Shown in pieces: positions 1 to 10,261 of a stretch of DNA of 64,000 nucleotides. A program made the position numbers and the translations under genes. Each line of letters begins with the position of its first letter. Position 1 is the stretch's first letter. The notes beneath the pieces are model-generated. The model saw nothing but the letters and a program-made list of their open reading frames with translations, searched no databases and had not been told where the DNA came from. The DNA is from Candidatus Latescibacterota bacterium (GTDB taxonomy: Bacteria; Latescibacterota; UBA2968; GCA-2709665). Location: positions 4,992,001 to 5,056,000 of the forward strand of contig OZ241917.1 of assembly GCA_965203805.1 (NCBI GenBank), read 5' to 3'.

Positions 1-2
1 GC

Positions 3-1442
3 GGTGGCGCGGGCGGAGATCGGGCGGAGCGGGAGCGGGAATGCGCGCACGCGGAGATGCCGGACCGGGGGTCCGTATTCAGGAACAACGCCCGGCTGGC
101 GCTTGCCGTCGGGCGCTATCTGTTGGGGGATGAACTCACGGAAACCCGCATCGGGGAAGCCCTGAGCGGACTCGAGTTGCCGGGCAGATTCGAGGTCGTG
201 CAGCAGTCGCCCCGGGTCGTGCTGGACGGCGCGCACAACCCGGCGGGAGCCGCGGCCCTTGCCGGCGACCTGGTCAGAATGTCGAAGCGGTGGACGTTTG
301 TGGTTGGCGTGAACGCGGGCCACGACGCCGGGGGGATACTCGAGGCAATTCAACCGCTGGCGAAAACAGTGATTCTGACGCGGTCCGATCACCCGAAGGC
401 CCTGCCCGTCGACGTGTTGCGGCGAAGCCTGCCCGCGGGCGTTTCCGCCTGCTGCGCGCCGGACGTGGCGGAAGCGCTCGGGCGCGCGGGGTTGCGGGAC
501 GGGGATCCCGTCTGTATCATGGGATCGTTGCATCTGGTTGGAAAGGCGCGGGAAACGCTCGGGATTCCATGCGAGCGGGACGGCTTCGGGGAGGATCTTC
601 ACCGGGAGAGCCTGACGTGCATCGCGAAGGCCTGCGGCAACCTGGGCCTCCGGGTCGAACGCGCTTCCGAAGACGGAAATCTGGTCTGCATCCGGCCGCC
701 CGGAGGCGGGCCGGTCTATTTTCTCCGCAACAGGCACCCGTTCAATGACTACGTGGCGGCCCGTCTGGCGGAAGACAAGGCGTACCAATACGAACTGTTC
801 ACGCGAGCCGGCCTTCCGGTTCCAGATACGATGGTGGCATTCAATCCGTTTGCGGACGAACGGTTTTCGCGTTACCGGACCCATGCGTCCGTTGACGGTA
901 TCGTCGGGGACGTCGAACGCCGATTCACCTATCCGGTGGTCGTCAAGCGGAACCGGGGGTCGCTGGCGCAGGGCGTGTTTCTGGAGCGAGACCGGCGCGG
1001 GCTGAAGAACCGTCTGCAGACATTGTTCGAAAACAGCGGATTTCTGGACAATCTGGTCCTGGTCCAGGCCTACATCGCCGGTCCCGAATATCGGATCGTC
1101 GCCGCCAGGGATGAGGTGTTGCTGGTTTACGAGAAAGCCGGCGGATCGCCGGGCCGCGACCTGAACCCGCTGCACGGGGCAACGGGGTCTGCGAAGCGGG
1201 TGGATGCGCCGGAACTGGTCGACGGGCTGTCGAAACTGACGACGGCCGTGTCGGGCGTGATCGATCTGGGGTTCTACGCAATCGACGTCATTCAGTCGCC
1301 GGCAGAATTCCAGGTGATCGAAATCAACCCGAACCCGATGTGTTATTTTTACAATCTGCACAACGGTCGATCGGATTTCGTGGGCATCTACGAAAAGCTC
1401 CTTGGCAGTCATCTACCGGGATTGAAACCGCCGGCCGCGTAG
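3..1442 (+). CDS. folC: FolC-like (folylpolyglutamate synthase/Mur ligase C-terminal part) fused to a C-terminal RimK-like ATP-grasp domain; 5' truncated by the window edge
   Basis: Frame is open from position 3. FolC motifs LPGRFE, VLDGAHNPAG, GSLHLVG. ATP-grasp motifs EDK..LF..AGLPVP, YPVVVK..GS...GV, VQAYI.G.EYR, IDVI, IEINPNP. Confidence 0.8.
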   Translation, partial: GGAGGDRAERERECAHAEMPDRGSVFRNNARLALAVGRYLLGDELTETRIGEALSGLELPGRFEVVQQSPRVVLDGAHNPAGAAALAGDLVRMSKRWTFVVGVNAGHDAGGILEAIQPLAKTVILTRSDHPKALPVDVLRRSLPAGVSACCAPDVAEALGRAGLRDGDPVCIMGSLHLVGKARETLGIPCERDGFGEDLHRESLTCIAKACGNLGLRVERASEDGNLVCIRPPGGGPVYFLRNRHPFNDYVAARLAEDKAYQYELFTRAGLPVPDTMVAFNPFADERFSRYRTHASVDGIVGDVERRFTYPVVVKRNRGSLAQGVFLERDRRGLKNRLQTLFENSGFLDNLVLVQAYIAGPEYRIVAARDEVLLVYEKAGGSPGRDLNPLHGATGSAKRVDAPELVDGLSKLTTAVSGVIDLGFYAIDVIQSPAEFQVIEINPNPMCYFYNLHNGRSDFVGIYEKLLGSHLPGLKPPAA

Positions 1443-1503
1443 GACATGCGAATCGGCGGGATTCAGGAACAGGCTCGGACTGAATACGCAGAAGGGAAAC
1501 GCC

Positions 1504-2241
1504 ATGCCGCTTACTGCCGCCCAGCTCGAACAGTACCGCGCCGACGGCTTTGCCCTGGGGGGGCGGATTCTCGATGACGACGAACTTGCAAGGCTGCGGA
1601 CCGTACTGGATTCCATAATCGACAATCTGCCCCGTGACCGGCGTCCCGAGAACATGCCATCGCTACACTACGAAAACGGGTACCTTCGGGATCTGTTCCT
1701 GGACGACCGTCTTATCGACGTGGCAGCGCAGATCGTGGGCCCGGACGTCGCGCTATTCACCTCCTACGTGATCAGCAAGCGTCCGGACGACGGCCTGGCG
1801 GTAGACTGGCATCAGGATGCCGCGTTCTTTCCCGTCGAGCCGATGGACACGTTCACGCTCTGGTTGGCGGTGGACGACTCCGACGTGGAGAACGGATGTA
1901 TGCGGGTGCTTCCCGGCACCCACCGGCAGCAGGCCGTGCTGCTGCACAAGGTGGACCTCGACTCCGGCACGACCCTGCCGATGTCACTGGAAAATCTCGA
2001 CCTCGCGGGGGCCGCGGACGTGCAGTTGCGCGCGGGTGAGTATTCCGTTCACGATCCCTGGATCCTGCATGGGTCCAATCCCAACAGGTCGTCCAGGCGG
2101 CGCTGCGGGATCACCTTGAAATACATCTCCACGCGCGCCGAAATCGACCGCACGTTCGTTTCTCCCTCCGGCTTCGACTGGGACGGGCTCCGTCTCTACC
2201 TGGCGCGGGGGAATCCGGGCCGCCACAGCTACGCCAACTGA
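1504..2241 (+). CDS. Phytanoyl-CoA dioxygenase (PhyH) family Fe(II)/2OG dioxygenase
   Basis: WHQD motif, W.AVDD..VENGCM.V.PG.H, distal HGS.PN.S..RR. Confidence 0.9.
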   Translation: MPLTAAQLEQYRADGFALGGRILDDDELARLRTVLDSIIDNLPRDRRPENMPSLHYENGYLRDLFLDDRLIDVAAQIVGPDVALFTSYVISKRPDDGLAVDWHQDAAFFPVEPMDTFTLWLAVDDSDVENGCMRVLPGTHRQQAVLLHKVDLDSGTTLPMSLENLDLAGAADVQLRAGEYSVHDPWILHGSNPNRSSRRRCGITLKYISTRAEIDRTFVSPSGFDWDGLRLYLARGNPGRHSYAN

Positions 2242-2284
2242 TCTCCAGTGTCCGTGCGGAAACCCGGATCGAATTGAACCGGAT

Positions 2285-3919
2285 ATGACGAAAAGCGTTC
2301 ATCGCTTCATCCTTCTGGCCGATCTCCATCTTTCGGACCATCCGGATACGGCAGCCCACCATGCGCTGCAGTGGGCCGTCGACCGGGTGAATCTGGAGAG
2401 GCCGGATTTTCTGGCCGTGGCCGGGGACGTCACGACCTTTGCAACGGCCGTTTCGGCCAGACGTTGCGTGGAGGCGCTGGACCGGGTGGAGGTTCCGGTA
2501 CTCTTCACCCCGGGAAACGCGGACCGGCGGGGTTGGCATGCGATGTCCGTGTTCGAAACCCTGGCGGCGCCCGGACGGCGGGCGGCCGTGTTCGGCGACC
2601 TGCTGGTTCTTCTGCCCGACACGTCGACAGGAACCCTTCCGGGCGACGAACGCTCGTGGCTGAACAGGAACCTCCGTTCCAACCATGCGGCCCGGCGGCT
2701 GGTCGTTACCCACTATCCGCTGGACAGGATGGACGCAGAGGGTCGGCGGTGGCTCTCAAGCTGGCTCACGGAAAACGGCGTCGAACTTCTGGTCGCTGGA
2801 CACAGTCACGTTCACCGGACCCGCAGTAGAAACGGCTTCGCGGAGGCCGTCGTCCGCGGACTGGATCCCGATAAAGCGATTGGAGATCTTCCTGGAATCA
2901 GTCGCTTCGAGAGTGCGAAAGAGGGGGAATGGACGGAGGTATTCATCCCCTGGTCGCCGGCGATCCGGTTGCTGCCCTCGGACCTCGCTGACGGCATTCT
3001 TCCCGTAGGCTGGTCGATACAGGGCGACCCGGTGAACGCCGCGCGAGAGACCCTGGAGTTCGGCCTGTCCTGTCTGGAAATCCGGCCGTCGGCTACTGAT
3101 TTTTCACAACGTGCGCTTTCGGGCGCGCTCCGCGCGCTTCGCGACCGAGGTCCCCAGCATCTCTCCTATCATTTGCCCGACCTGAAGTGGAACTCCAACA
3201 ACGGTCGCATAGACGGAATTGAAACGGTACGGACGCATGTGGAATGCGCAATGCAAGCGGGCGTGGACAACCTGACGGTCCACGTTCCCCGGGCGAGCGC
3301 ACGCGCGATGGAGCGCGTTCGGGAGGGCCTGCCCGAGCCGACAGCGTGTTTCCAGTCTTTTGTCGAGACTTTCGCGTATCTCTTCAGGGAGGCGGCTCGC
3401 TCAGGGGTGGGGATCTCAATCGAGAATATCCACAATCCGGACAATACGCCGGCAGACTCGCCGGAGCGGGAATTCGCTACGCGGATCGACGAATACCTGC
3501 GATGGATCGATGCCGTGGCGCGCGAGATGGAGGATGTTCCCGGAGCGAGGGTCGGCGCACTGCTGGACGTGGGCCACGCGAGGAACAACGGGGGCGATCT
3601 GGATAACCTGCAGCCCCTGGGCGACTGGTACGCCTGCCTGGGGCGGCGAATTCTGGGGTATCACATCCACCAGGTGGATACGGATCCGGTAACGGGCGGG
3701 CTTACGAACCATCACGAGATTTCCGATCTGTTCGGCAGTCGGATTTCCTTCGCGGGGTTCCTCTGGGCGTGGTCCACGCACCAGATCACACGGGGCCCTC
3801 TGTTCGTGGAGGTCCGCGATGACGAGGGTCGACGGAATACGGTCCGGCGGTTCAAACGGCTATTCGAGGACGCACACAGGATTCGAGAAGCGGCGGACCT
3901 GACCCGGCGGGGCAATTGA
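2285..3919 (+). CDS. Calcineurin-like metallophosphoesterase fused to a xylose-isomerase/AP-endonuclease-2 TIM barrel
   Basis: N-half DLH, AGD, PGNAD, THYP, GHSH. C-half IEN, LDVGH, HIH, VE. Confidence 0.75.
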   Translation: MTKSVHRFILLADLHLSDHPDTAAHHALQWAVDRVNLERPDFLAVAGDVTTFATAVSARRCVEALDRVEVPVLFTPGNADRRGWHAMSVFETLAAPGRRAAVFGDLLVLLPDTSTGTLPGDERSWLNRNLRSNHAARRLVVTHYPLDRMDAEGRRWLSSWLTENGVELLVAGHSHVHRTRSRNGFAEAVVRGLDPDKAIGDLPGISRFESAKEGEWTEVFIPWSPAIRLLPSDLADGILPVGWSIQGDPVNAARETLEFGLSCLEIRPSATDFSQRALSGALRALRDRGPQHLSYHLPDLKWNSNNGRIDGIETVRTHVECAMQAGVDNLTVHVPRASARAMERVREGLPEPTACFQSFVETFAYLFREAARSGVGISIENIHNPDNTPADSPEREFATRIDEYLRWIDAVAREMEDVPGARVGALLDVGHARNNGGDLDNLQPLGDWYACLGRRILGYHIHQVDTDPVTGGLTNHHEISDLFGSRISFAGFLWAWSTHQITRGPLFVEVRDDEGRRNTVRRFKRLFEDAHRIREAADLTRRGN

Positions 3920-3946
3920 GTCGAATGATCCGCGTGCCGTCAGTCA

Positions 3947-5032
3947 ATGGAGAATACGATGATACCGGAATTTGAGGTCGGGGGAACGCCGTTCCGGCGG
4001 GGGGAGCAGATCGGGCGCCGGTTCAGGGCGGAGATTCAGGAAACACTCGCCCGCCTTTCAGGTAACAGCGGAGTGCGAAACCGGCAGGTTGCCCTGGTGG
4101 AGGCAATGCGCGGGCATTTGGAGGCGGAATTCCCCGAGATCGTCGAGGAGATTCGCGGCATCGCGCGGGGTGCGGACATTACGGACGACGACGCGTTTTT
4201 CAAGAGCACCTACAACGCCGTCGGACCGGCGCTGGCGGACAACCTCGGGTGCAGCAGCGTGGCCTTCGACGCCAGCGACGCGGGGCCCATCCTCGGCAAG
4301 ACGGATGACGGGAGCTTTCGCCCGGATTCGGATCGCCTGGGAGGATTGACAATATTGACGATACGTCCGGAGGAGGGGTACGACGTATTGTCCGTGAACC
4401 AGATCGGGACGGTGTGGACCGAGTGCGGGGTGAACGCCAAAGGGCTTTGCATGGGTACGAATTCGGGTCATCCCACGATGAACGGGCAGGACGGGTCCGG
4501 CGTACCCCAGCACATCGCGCCCCGCCTTGTGTTGCAGCGATGTGCGAACGTAAACGAGGCCGTCGATCTGCTCAGACAGATGACGCTCACGGGCAAGGGC
4601 ATCAATATTGTACTGGCCGACGCAGAGGGCAATGCCGCCGCTACGGAGAATGCGTGCGCGATGAACGGCGTACGTGAGCCGGAGCGCGGGGTCGTCTTCT
4701 CAACGAATCACTATTTCAGCGAAGAGATGCAGACCGTATCGGGACAATGGGATCCCGGGTTCATCAGCACGCGGTATTTCCAGAACTCGGTGAACCGGAT
4801 CGCGCACCTGTACGGCCGTTTCGGAAGCGGCGCAAGAACCCTTACGCTTCAGGAAATGCGGGACGTCCTGATGGATGAACACAATCCGGGCGGTATCTGC
4901 CAGCGGCCGCAGAATAACGAAAACAACATGACGACGAATTTCGGCGTGATTCTGGTGAGCCGCGACCGCGAGATGTGGCTCAACGAGGGACCCCCTTCTC
5001 TCGACCGGTTCCGGCGATACGCACTCGATTGA
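3947..5032 (+). CDS. C45 family autoproteolytic acyltransferase/hydrolase (Ntn fold)
   Basis: EEIRGIARGA, G-C-S-S processing site, GVNAKGL, STNHY. Confidence 0.85.
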   Translation: MENTMIPEFEVGGTPFRRGEQIGRRFRAEIQETLARLSGNSGVRNRQVALVEAMRGHLEAEFPEIVEEIRGIARGADITDDDAFFKSTYNAVGPALADNLGCSSVAFDASDAGPILGKTDDGSFRPDSDRLGGLTILTIRPEEGYDVLSVNQIGTVWTECGVNAKGLCMGTNSGHPTMNGQDGSGVPQHIAPRLVLQRCANVNEAVDLLRQMTLTGKGINIVLADAEGNAAATENACAMNGVREPERGVVFSTNHYFSEEMQTVSGQWDPGFISTRYFQNSVNRIAHLYGRFGSGARTLTLQEMRDVLMDEHNPGGICQRPQNNENNMTTNFGVILVSRDREMWLNEGPPSLDRFRRYALD

Positions 5033-5171
5033 TCGGGCGTCCGGATTCGGTTTCGCCGGGGGATGGTTCCCGGGCCATATCATCTTTCTCGACGAGGTTG
5101 AACGCAGGTTCCGTCCATTGGACGTGATCCCGTGCGATAATCCGAGCAAATCAACAGATAGGCAGCACTGA

Positions 5172-5309
5172 ATGTCAGGACGCTCATCCGCCCCGCTGGC
5201 CGTAGTCACCGGCGCCGCCAGCGGCATCGGAGAGGTCGCGGCAATCGAATTCTACATTCTCGATCCGGACGCGATTCCGATCGAGATCCGGCAGCCTGTG
5301 GAGATTTGA
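5172..5309 (+). pseudogene. 45-codon chimeric remnant: SDR N-terminus joined to a VOC/glyoxalase-like C-terminus
   Basis: Manual translation MSGRSSAPLAVVTGAASGIGEVAAIEFYILDPDAIPIEIRQPVEI*. TGxxxGIG Rossmann motif, then FY..DPD...IEI. Confidence 0.6.
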
Positions 5310-5345
5310 CAGACCGCCGGAACATCCGGCAACAGGAGGCGAAAG

Positions 5346-7526
5346 GTGGAAATTCAGGTTCGAGGGCGTGTGATCGACGATTCGTCTGCGCGGGGACTGG
5401 CAGGGGTTTGCGTCTCGAACGGAGAGCGGATCGTACGGACGAGTGGCGATGGCGAGTATGAACTCACCGTGGAGACCGGCGCGCACCGGTTTGTATTCGT
5501 GACGGTTCCTGACGGCTTCTCGGCAGCGGACGGAACCTACCGGTCCACGCTGGACTGGTCCGAAAGCCGCGAGGGGGTGGTTTTCCGGCTTTCGCCGTCT
5601 CCCGCGCGGGCGGAACGTTCGTTTGAGCTCGTGCAGATTACAGATACGCACATTGTCACCGAAGGAGATACGCTCACCTCGGGGCCGGTGCTGGCGGAAG
5701 CCCTTCAGCAACTCGAACGAGAGGCAGGACCCGATCTGATCATCGCCAGTGGAGACCTGACGGATTGGGGGACTCTGGACCAGCTGACCGCGTTTCGAGA
5801 GGCGGCGGCTTCGATATCCACCCCGGTCTTTCCGCTGTTCGGCGGGCACGATGGGAATAAAGAGCGCATGGGCGGAATTTCGATTGAGGAATTCCTGCAG
5901 ATGAAGGCAGTGCCGAACAACCCCAGGCTGAATGAACTCGTGCGGGAACACGAGGGAAATGCGTCGACCCTGCATTTCGAAGCGGTGCTCGGGCCAACGT
6001 ATTACAGCCTGGATTGGGGCGGGCGCCACTTCGCGTTCTGGCCCAATGAAGATTCATATTACTCGCCGGCGGGCCTGGAGCGGAAGGAAGGGTGGCTGTG
6101 GGCCGACCTGGCGCTGCAGCCGGAGAACCGCGAAATCGTGGTCGTCGTCCATACGCCGCCGCCGGTTGCGTTTCTGCAGGCGCTGAGCCGGTACAACGTT
6201 CGCCTCGTGCTGCACGGCCATTGGCATTCCAGCAAAGTCTCTTCGTACGGCGATATGGTTGTTGCCGCCGCCCCGCCGGTCTGTTTCGGGGGGATCGATA
6301 CCTCGCCGCGGGGCTACCGCCTGGTACGGTTCAGCGGGAAGGACGCGGTCCTGGACGCCGGCGTACTCCGCGCCGCACGGGTGTCTCGGAAGTACCGGGA
6401 GGAATCCCCGCAAGAGATCGGACTCGACGGCGCGACGCTGCGTCTGCGATGGGAGCGTCGGATACCTGGCGGGCTGCACCGGGCGGCGCCCGTGTCGTCC
6501 GGAGGACGCGTGTTCCTGACTCTACGCGACGAGCGTTGGCCGGGTCGTCCGGGCATCTGCTGTCTCGATGCCGCGAGCGGGGACATGCTTTGGCGCGGGG
6601 TGACGGATACCGCGGTAAAGAACAGCGTGGCAGTTCGGGACAACGCGTGCGCCGCGGTGTCGGTAGCCGGTCGCGTGCACGTGCTCGAGGCGGATTCGGG
6701 CAGCCCGTTGTGGCAGGCGGACCTGCCCGGCTATCCGGAACGCTGGATCTATTCCTCTCCGGTAATGGCGGACGGGACCGTGTACGCGGGCGCCAAGGCG
6801 GATTACGCGGCCTTCGATCTGAAGTCGGGTCGCCGCCGATGGCACACGGGGAATGACGTCAGTGACAATTGGGCCTGTTACGCCAGCCCGCTGGTTTCCG
6901 GCGACCTGCTTATCCTCATGGTGCAGCGGACGGGCTTCACAGCGCTGGACCGCCACACGGGGAACGTCGTCTGGGAATGCCCGGCAGGAGTTGAATTTCC
7001 CTATGCAAGGCCGGTCTTGTCGGGCGACCTGCTTCTGAGCGGCGGCGACTCGTCCGGCCTCCACCATTTCTCGGGGGAGGCGTCATTCCTCATCGCGGTC
7101 GAGACCAACTCGGGCAGGGTCGCCTGGAAGAGACCGGTGCTGCCCTCCAGGTACCCGTCGGGATTGCTCGTGTGCGACGACTGGATCTGCGCGACCACGC
7201 CCGATGGCGAGGCCCTTTGTTTCGGTCTGGCTGACGGTGCGTTGCGCTGGCGCTTCCAGACCGGTGACGACCTTCTGGACATGGTTCCCTATCGCCGAGG
7301 GGTACGATCGATCCTTGCGGCGCCGGTGATGTTCGAAGGTTGCCTTATCGTCTGCGGGTGCGACGGGTTTCTGTACGTGCTGGATCCCGCTTCGGGCCGA
7401 TGCCTGGGCGACGTTGCCTTCGGTTCCCCGATCACGGCCCCGCCGCGTACGGTGGAGGGCGGGCTCATCGTCGGGACGGTCGACGGGCGGGTCTTCTGTT
7501 TTGAAGGAACGGGTAACAGTTCCTGA
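5346..7526 (+). CDS. Metallophosphoesterase (with N-terminal accessory domain) fused to PQQ-like beta-propeller repeats
   Basis: GV.VSNG N-domain, TDTH, SGD, GGHD, HGHWH; repeated LDA.SG..LW and SSP motifs; RBS AGGAGG before GTG. Confidence 0.85.
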   Translation: MEIQVRGRVIDDSSARGLAGVCVSNGERIVRTSGDGEYELTVETGAHRFVFVTVPDGFSAADGTYRSTLDWSESREGVVFRLSPSPARAERSFELVQITDTHIVTEGDTLTSGPVLAEALQQLEREAGPDLIIASGDLTDWGTLDQLTAFREAAASISTPVFPLFGGHDGNKERMGGISIEEFLQMKAVPNNPRLNELVREHEGNASTLHFEAVLGPTYYSLDWGGRHFAFWPNEDSYYSPAGLERKEGWLWADLALQPENREIVVVVHTPPPVAFLQALSRYNVRLVLHGHWHSSKVSSYGDMVVAAAPPVCFGGIDTSPRGYRLVRFSGKDAVLDAGVLRAARVSRKYREESPQEIGLDGATLRLRWERRIPGGLHRAAPVSSGGRVFLTLRDERWPGRPGICCLDAASGDMLWRGVTDTAVKNSVAVRDNACAAVSVAGRVHVLEADSGSPLWQADLPGYPERWIYSSPVMADGTVYAGAKADYAAFDLKSGRRRWHTGNDVSDNWACYASPLVSGDLLILMVQRTGFTALDRHTGNVVWECPAGVEFPYARPVLSGDLLLSGGDSSGLHHFSGEASFLIAVETNSGRVAWKRPVLPSRYPSGLLVCDDWICATTPDGEALCFGLADGALRWRFQTGDDLLDMVPYRRGVRSILAAPVMFEGCLIVCGCDGFLYVLDPASGRCLGDVAFGSPITAPPRTVEGGLIVGTVDGRVFCFEGTGNSS

Positions 7527-7599
7527 GGATGGCAGATCCCGTTGTGGCGCGGGATGTACGTCCGTGAGCACGAGAGGTCCGAATGGAGTGAAGTCCCGG

Positions 7600-8760
7600 A
7601 TGAAACCGTTTTTTTCGTTTGCGCGATTCGATCGTCTTCTGAACGCGGCCGGCATGGAGGCGATGCTTTTCTGCCGCCCCTCCTCCTACCTCTATTTTAC
7701 GACGTTGCCGTGGTACGAGCGGCTCCTCTTTTCCGATATGCCGGGACAATATATCCTGCCGAAAGCCGGGTATATTCGCGGTCGTCCGGATCGAGCCTTC
7801 GCCACGGCGTCGGCACAGATGGACTTCCCGGATTTCAAGGCGCAGAATATCTGGATTTCGGACATCCGACCCGCCATGTCGGCGGCGCCGTACGAGCGGC
7901 AGGCCGAGCTCATCATCCGGATTCTCCGGGAAAAGGGCATCGGATCGGGACGGGTGGGTATAGAACGCGGGACCCTTCCCCACGACCTGGTCGCCGCCCT
8001 TGACGGCCTCGCTCCCGAGATTCGCTGGACGGAGTGCCGGGACGTGCTCTTCAGGCTCCAGGAGTTCAAGTCCGAGGCGGAGCTGGAACGGCTGCGGACG
8101 TCCTGCCGGATCACCGAAAAGGGGATGATGCGGGTATTCGACATGCTCTCGAGCGGCGTGACTCCCGAGGATCTGATGGACGAATACGTAAAGACCACCG
8201 GGGGACTCTATACGGAGCGATTCGGACACTTCTTTTCGGTCCATTTCAAGGACTTTCACTTTACCGGCCGAGAATTGAAAAGCCCGCCGCTGCAGGCGGA
8301 GACGCTCATTCACATTGACGTGTCCTCGATCCACAAGGGACTGATTTCGGATATCGGGCGGAACTTCTACTTCGGCATGGCGGTCCCGCCGGAAGTGGAG
8401 CGCTGCAGTCTGGCCTGCACAAGAGCCATTCAGGTTGTTTTCGACCGTCTGAAACCCGGAATCTCATGTGCAGAAGTGGACAGCCTGTCGAAGGAAGTCC
8501 TGTTCGATCTGCTGGGCGATCCGGTCGGCGTGAACGTGGGCTTTCACTCCCACGGGATCGGCTGGATCCTGTATAGCTATCCGTTGATTTCTCCCGATCC
8601 GGAAGGTGAAATCCTTCCCGGCCATGCGTTTACGCTGGAGTACAAGGTGAAATTCCCCGGCATCGGACACTTCAAGTGCGAAGACACGTTCGCCATGCAC
8701 GACGATGGGCCCGAGTGCCTGTGCGGGCTCGAGCGGAAGCTCTTCGTGAAGTCCGGTTGA
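7600..8760 (+). CDS. M24 family (Xaa-Pro) peptidase-like protein
   Basis: KSEAELERLR; metal ligands D (HIDV), D (SDIGR), H (HSHGIG), E (TLE), E (CED). Start moved to ATG 7600 to avoid overlap. Confidence 0.8.
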   Translation: MKPFFSFARFDRLLNAAGMEAMLFCRPSSYLYFTTLPWYERLLFSDMPGQYILPKAGYIRGRPDRAFATASAQMDFPDFKAQNIWISDIRPAMSAAPYERQAELIIRILREKGIGSGRVGIERGTLPHDLVAALDGLAPEIRWTECRDVLFRLQEFKSEAELERLRTSCRITEKGMMRVFDMLSSGVTPEDLMDEYVKTTGGLYTERFGHFFSVHFKDFHFTGRELKSPPLQAETLIHIDVSSIHKGLISDIGRNFYFGMAVPPEVERCSLACTRAIQVVFDRLKPGISCAEVDSLSKEVLFDLLGDPVGVNVGFHSHGIGWILYSYPLISPDPEGEILPGHAFTLEYKVKFPGIGHFKCEDTFAMHDDGPECLCGLERKLFVKSG

Positions 8761-8815
8761 GTCCCGGAGGGAGGAATTGCCGGGAGGTACCCTTTTGCAG
8801 ACGGGATAGGCTGAG

Positions 8816-10261
8816 ATGGAGAAGGCGATATTGCACGCCGGCGCCGCCCAACGGGTGATCACGCCCCAGGTGGGCGTGTCGATGTCCGGGTGGAACCCGC
8901 GGGCATCCGGGGATATCAGGTCGCGCTACGTGCACGACGATCTCTATGCCAAGGCGCTGGTTCTGCGCAACGGGAGTCGGGCGTGGGGCCTGGTTGCCGT
9001 CGATCTCTCGGGCGTGGACGCGGTTGCCACGGAGCAGATTCGGCAGGGCGCCGCACAGCGGACCGGGCTGGCGCCGGGGGCGATCATGGTCTGCGCGACG
9101 CACACGCACTCCGGACCGGCGTTCTGCCCGGTCGCCACAGCATACAGCCCGGAAGATATGGCCCGTCTCACCATCGGGAGGGACGGATCGGCGCCGGCCG
9201 CGATGGGTGAGGTCACAACGGTCTCGTCGTCTGCCAGTTGGGTGGGTGAGACGGATCTGGCGTGGAAGGCCTGGTTTGTCGCGCAGGCCATAGAGGCGGT
9301 GGAGGAGGCGCACGGTACGGCGCGGCCGGCTTCGGTGGGTTTCGGGAAGGCTCGGATCGACGGCGTGGCCGGTTCGAGGCGAGTACTGATGTCGGACGGG
9401 AGCTGGGGAGACCCGAGACGGGACCCCGTCGCGGGTGTTCGGGTGATTTCGCGTACCCGGATCGATCCAATGGTTCGCGTATTCGCAGTGCGGGAGCGGG
9501 GGACGGAAGCGCCGCTCGCCGTGGTGATCAACTACGGCACACACCCCTGGATATTCTGCGGATCGGGCATCTCCGCCGAGATCGCCGGCGTGGCGGCCGG
9601 CCAGGTGGCGGACGCGTGGGCGCGTAGCGAGGAAAAATCGCCGGTTGTTCTCTATACGTCCGGCCCCGAGGGTGACGTGACGCCCATCTGGAATATCGAT
9701 ATCGAAGGGGTCTGGAAGACCCTTCCCGGCGAGGATCCCAAGGAGAGTCTTGCCAGAAGGGAGCGCGGATTCGACCGGGAACTGGCGCGTCTGGGCGGGC
9801 GCGTGGCGGATGGATCGATGACGGCGATCCGCGGGATTACGGGCTGGGATGAGACTCCGGACGTATGGGCCCGCCGCAGGGAAGTGGCGCTGCCGCTGAA
9901 GAAGGGCTACCGCCATGTGGACGACGTTCTCCTGGCTGGCTGGCAGCGGGCCGCACCCGAATCCCTCCACCTGACGGAAGTACAGGCGCTGGGCGCGGGC
10001 GAATGGGTCCTGCTGGGGTTACCGGGAGAACCGTTTGTTTCGCTTGGCGCGGCAATCAGGGCTCGATCGGGATCTCGCCCGCTGCTGATCGCCGCGCTCG
10101 CGAATGAATTCGGCGCCGTCAGTTACGTCGCCGAAAGAGAAGCCTTCAAGCAGGGAGGCTACGAGACCGCGTTCACACCGGTCGGTCCGGGCGGGGGCGA
10201 AGCGCTGGTGGACGGCGCCGTCGCGCTGCTCTTGAACAAAAAAAGTGGAAATAAACCTTGA
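8816..10261 (+). CDS. Neutral/alkaline ceramidase-like amidohydrolase
   Basis: VHDDLYAKAL, ATHTHSGP, NYGTHP, LPGEPF, GGYE. Confidence 0.8.
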   Translation: MEKAILHAGAAQRVITPQVGVSMSGWNPRASGDIRSRYVHDDLYAKALVLRNGSRAWGLVAVDLSGVDAVATEQIRQGAAQRTGLAPGAIMVCATHTHSGPAFCPVATAYSPEDMARLTIGRDGSAPAAMGEVTTVSSSASWVGETDLAWKAWFVAQAIEAVEEAHGTARPASVGFGKARIDGVAGSRRVLMSDGSWGDPRRDPVAGVRVISRTRIDPMVRVFAVRERGTEAPLAVVINYGTHPWIFCGSGISAEIAGVAAGQVADAWARSEEKSPVVLYTSGPEGDVTPIWNIDIEGVWKTLPGEDPKESLARRERGFDRELARLGGRVADGSMTAIRGITGWDETPDVWARRREVALPLKKGYRHVDDVLLAGWQRAAPESLHLTEVQALGAGEWVLLGLPGEPFVSLGAAIRARSGSRPLLIAALANEFGAVSYVAEREAFKQGGYETAFTPVGPGGGEALVDGAVALLLNKKSGNKP

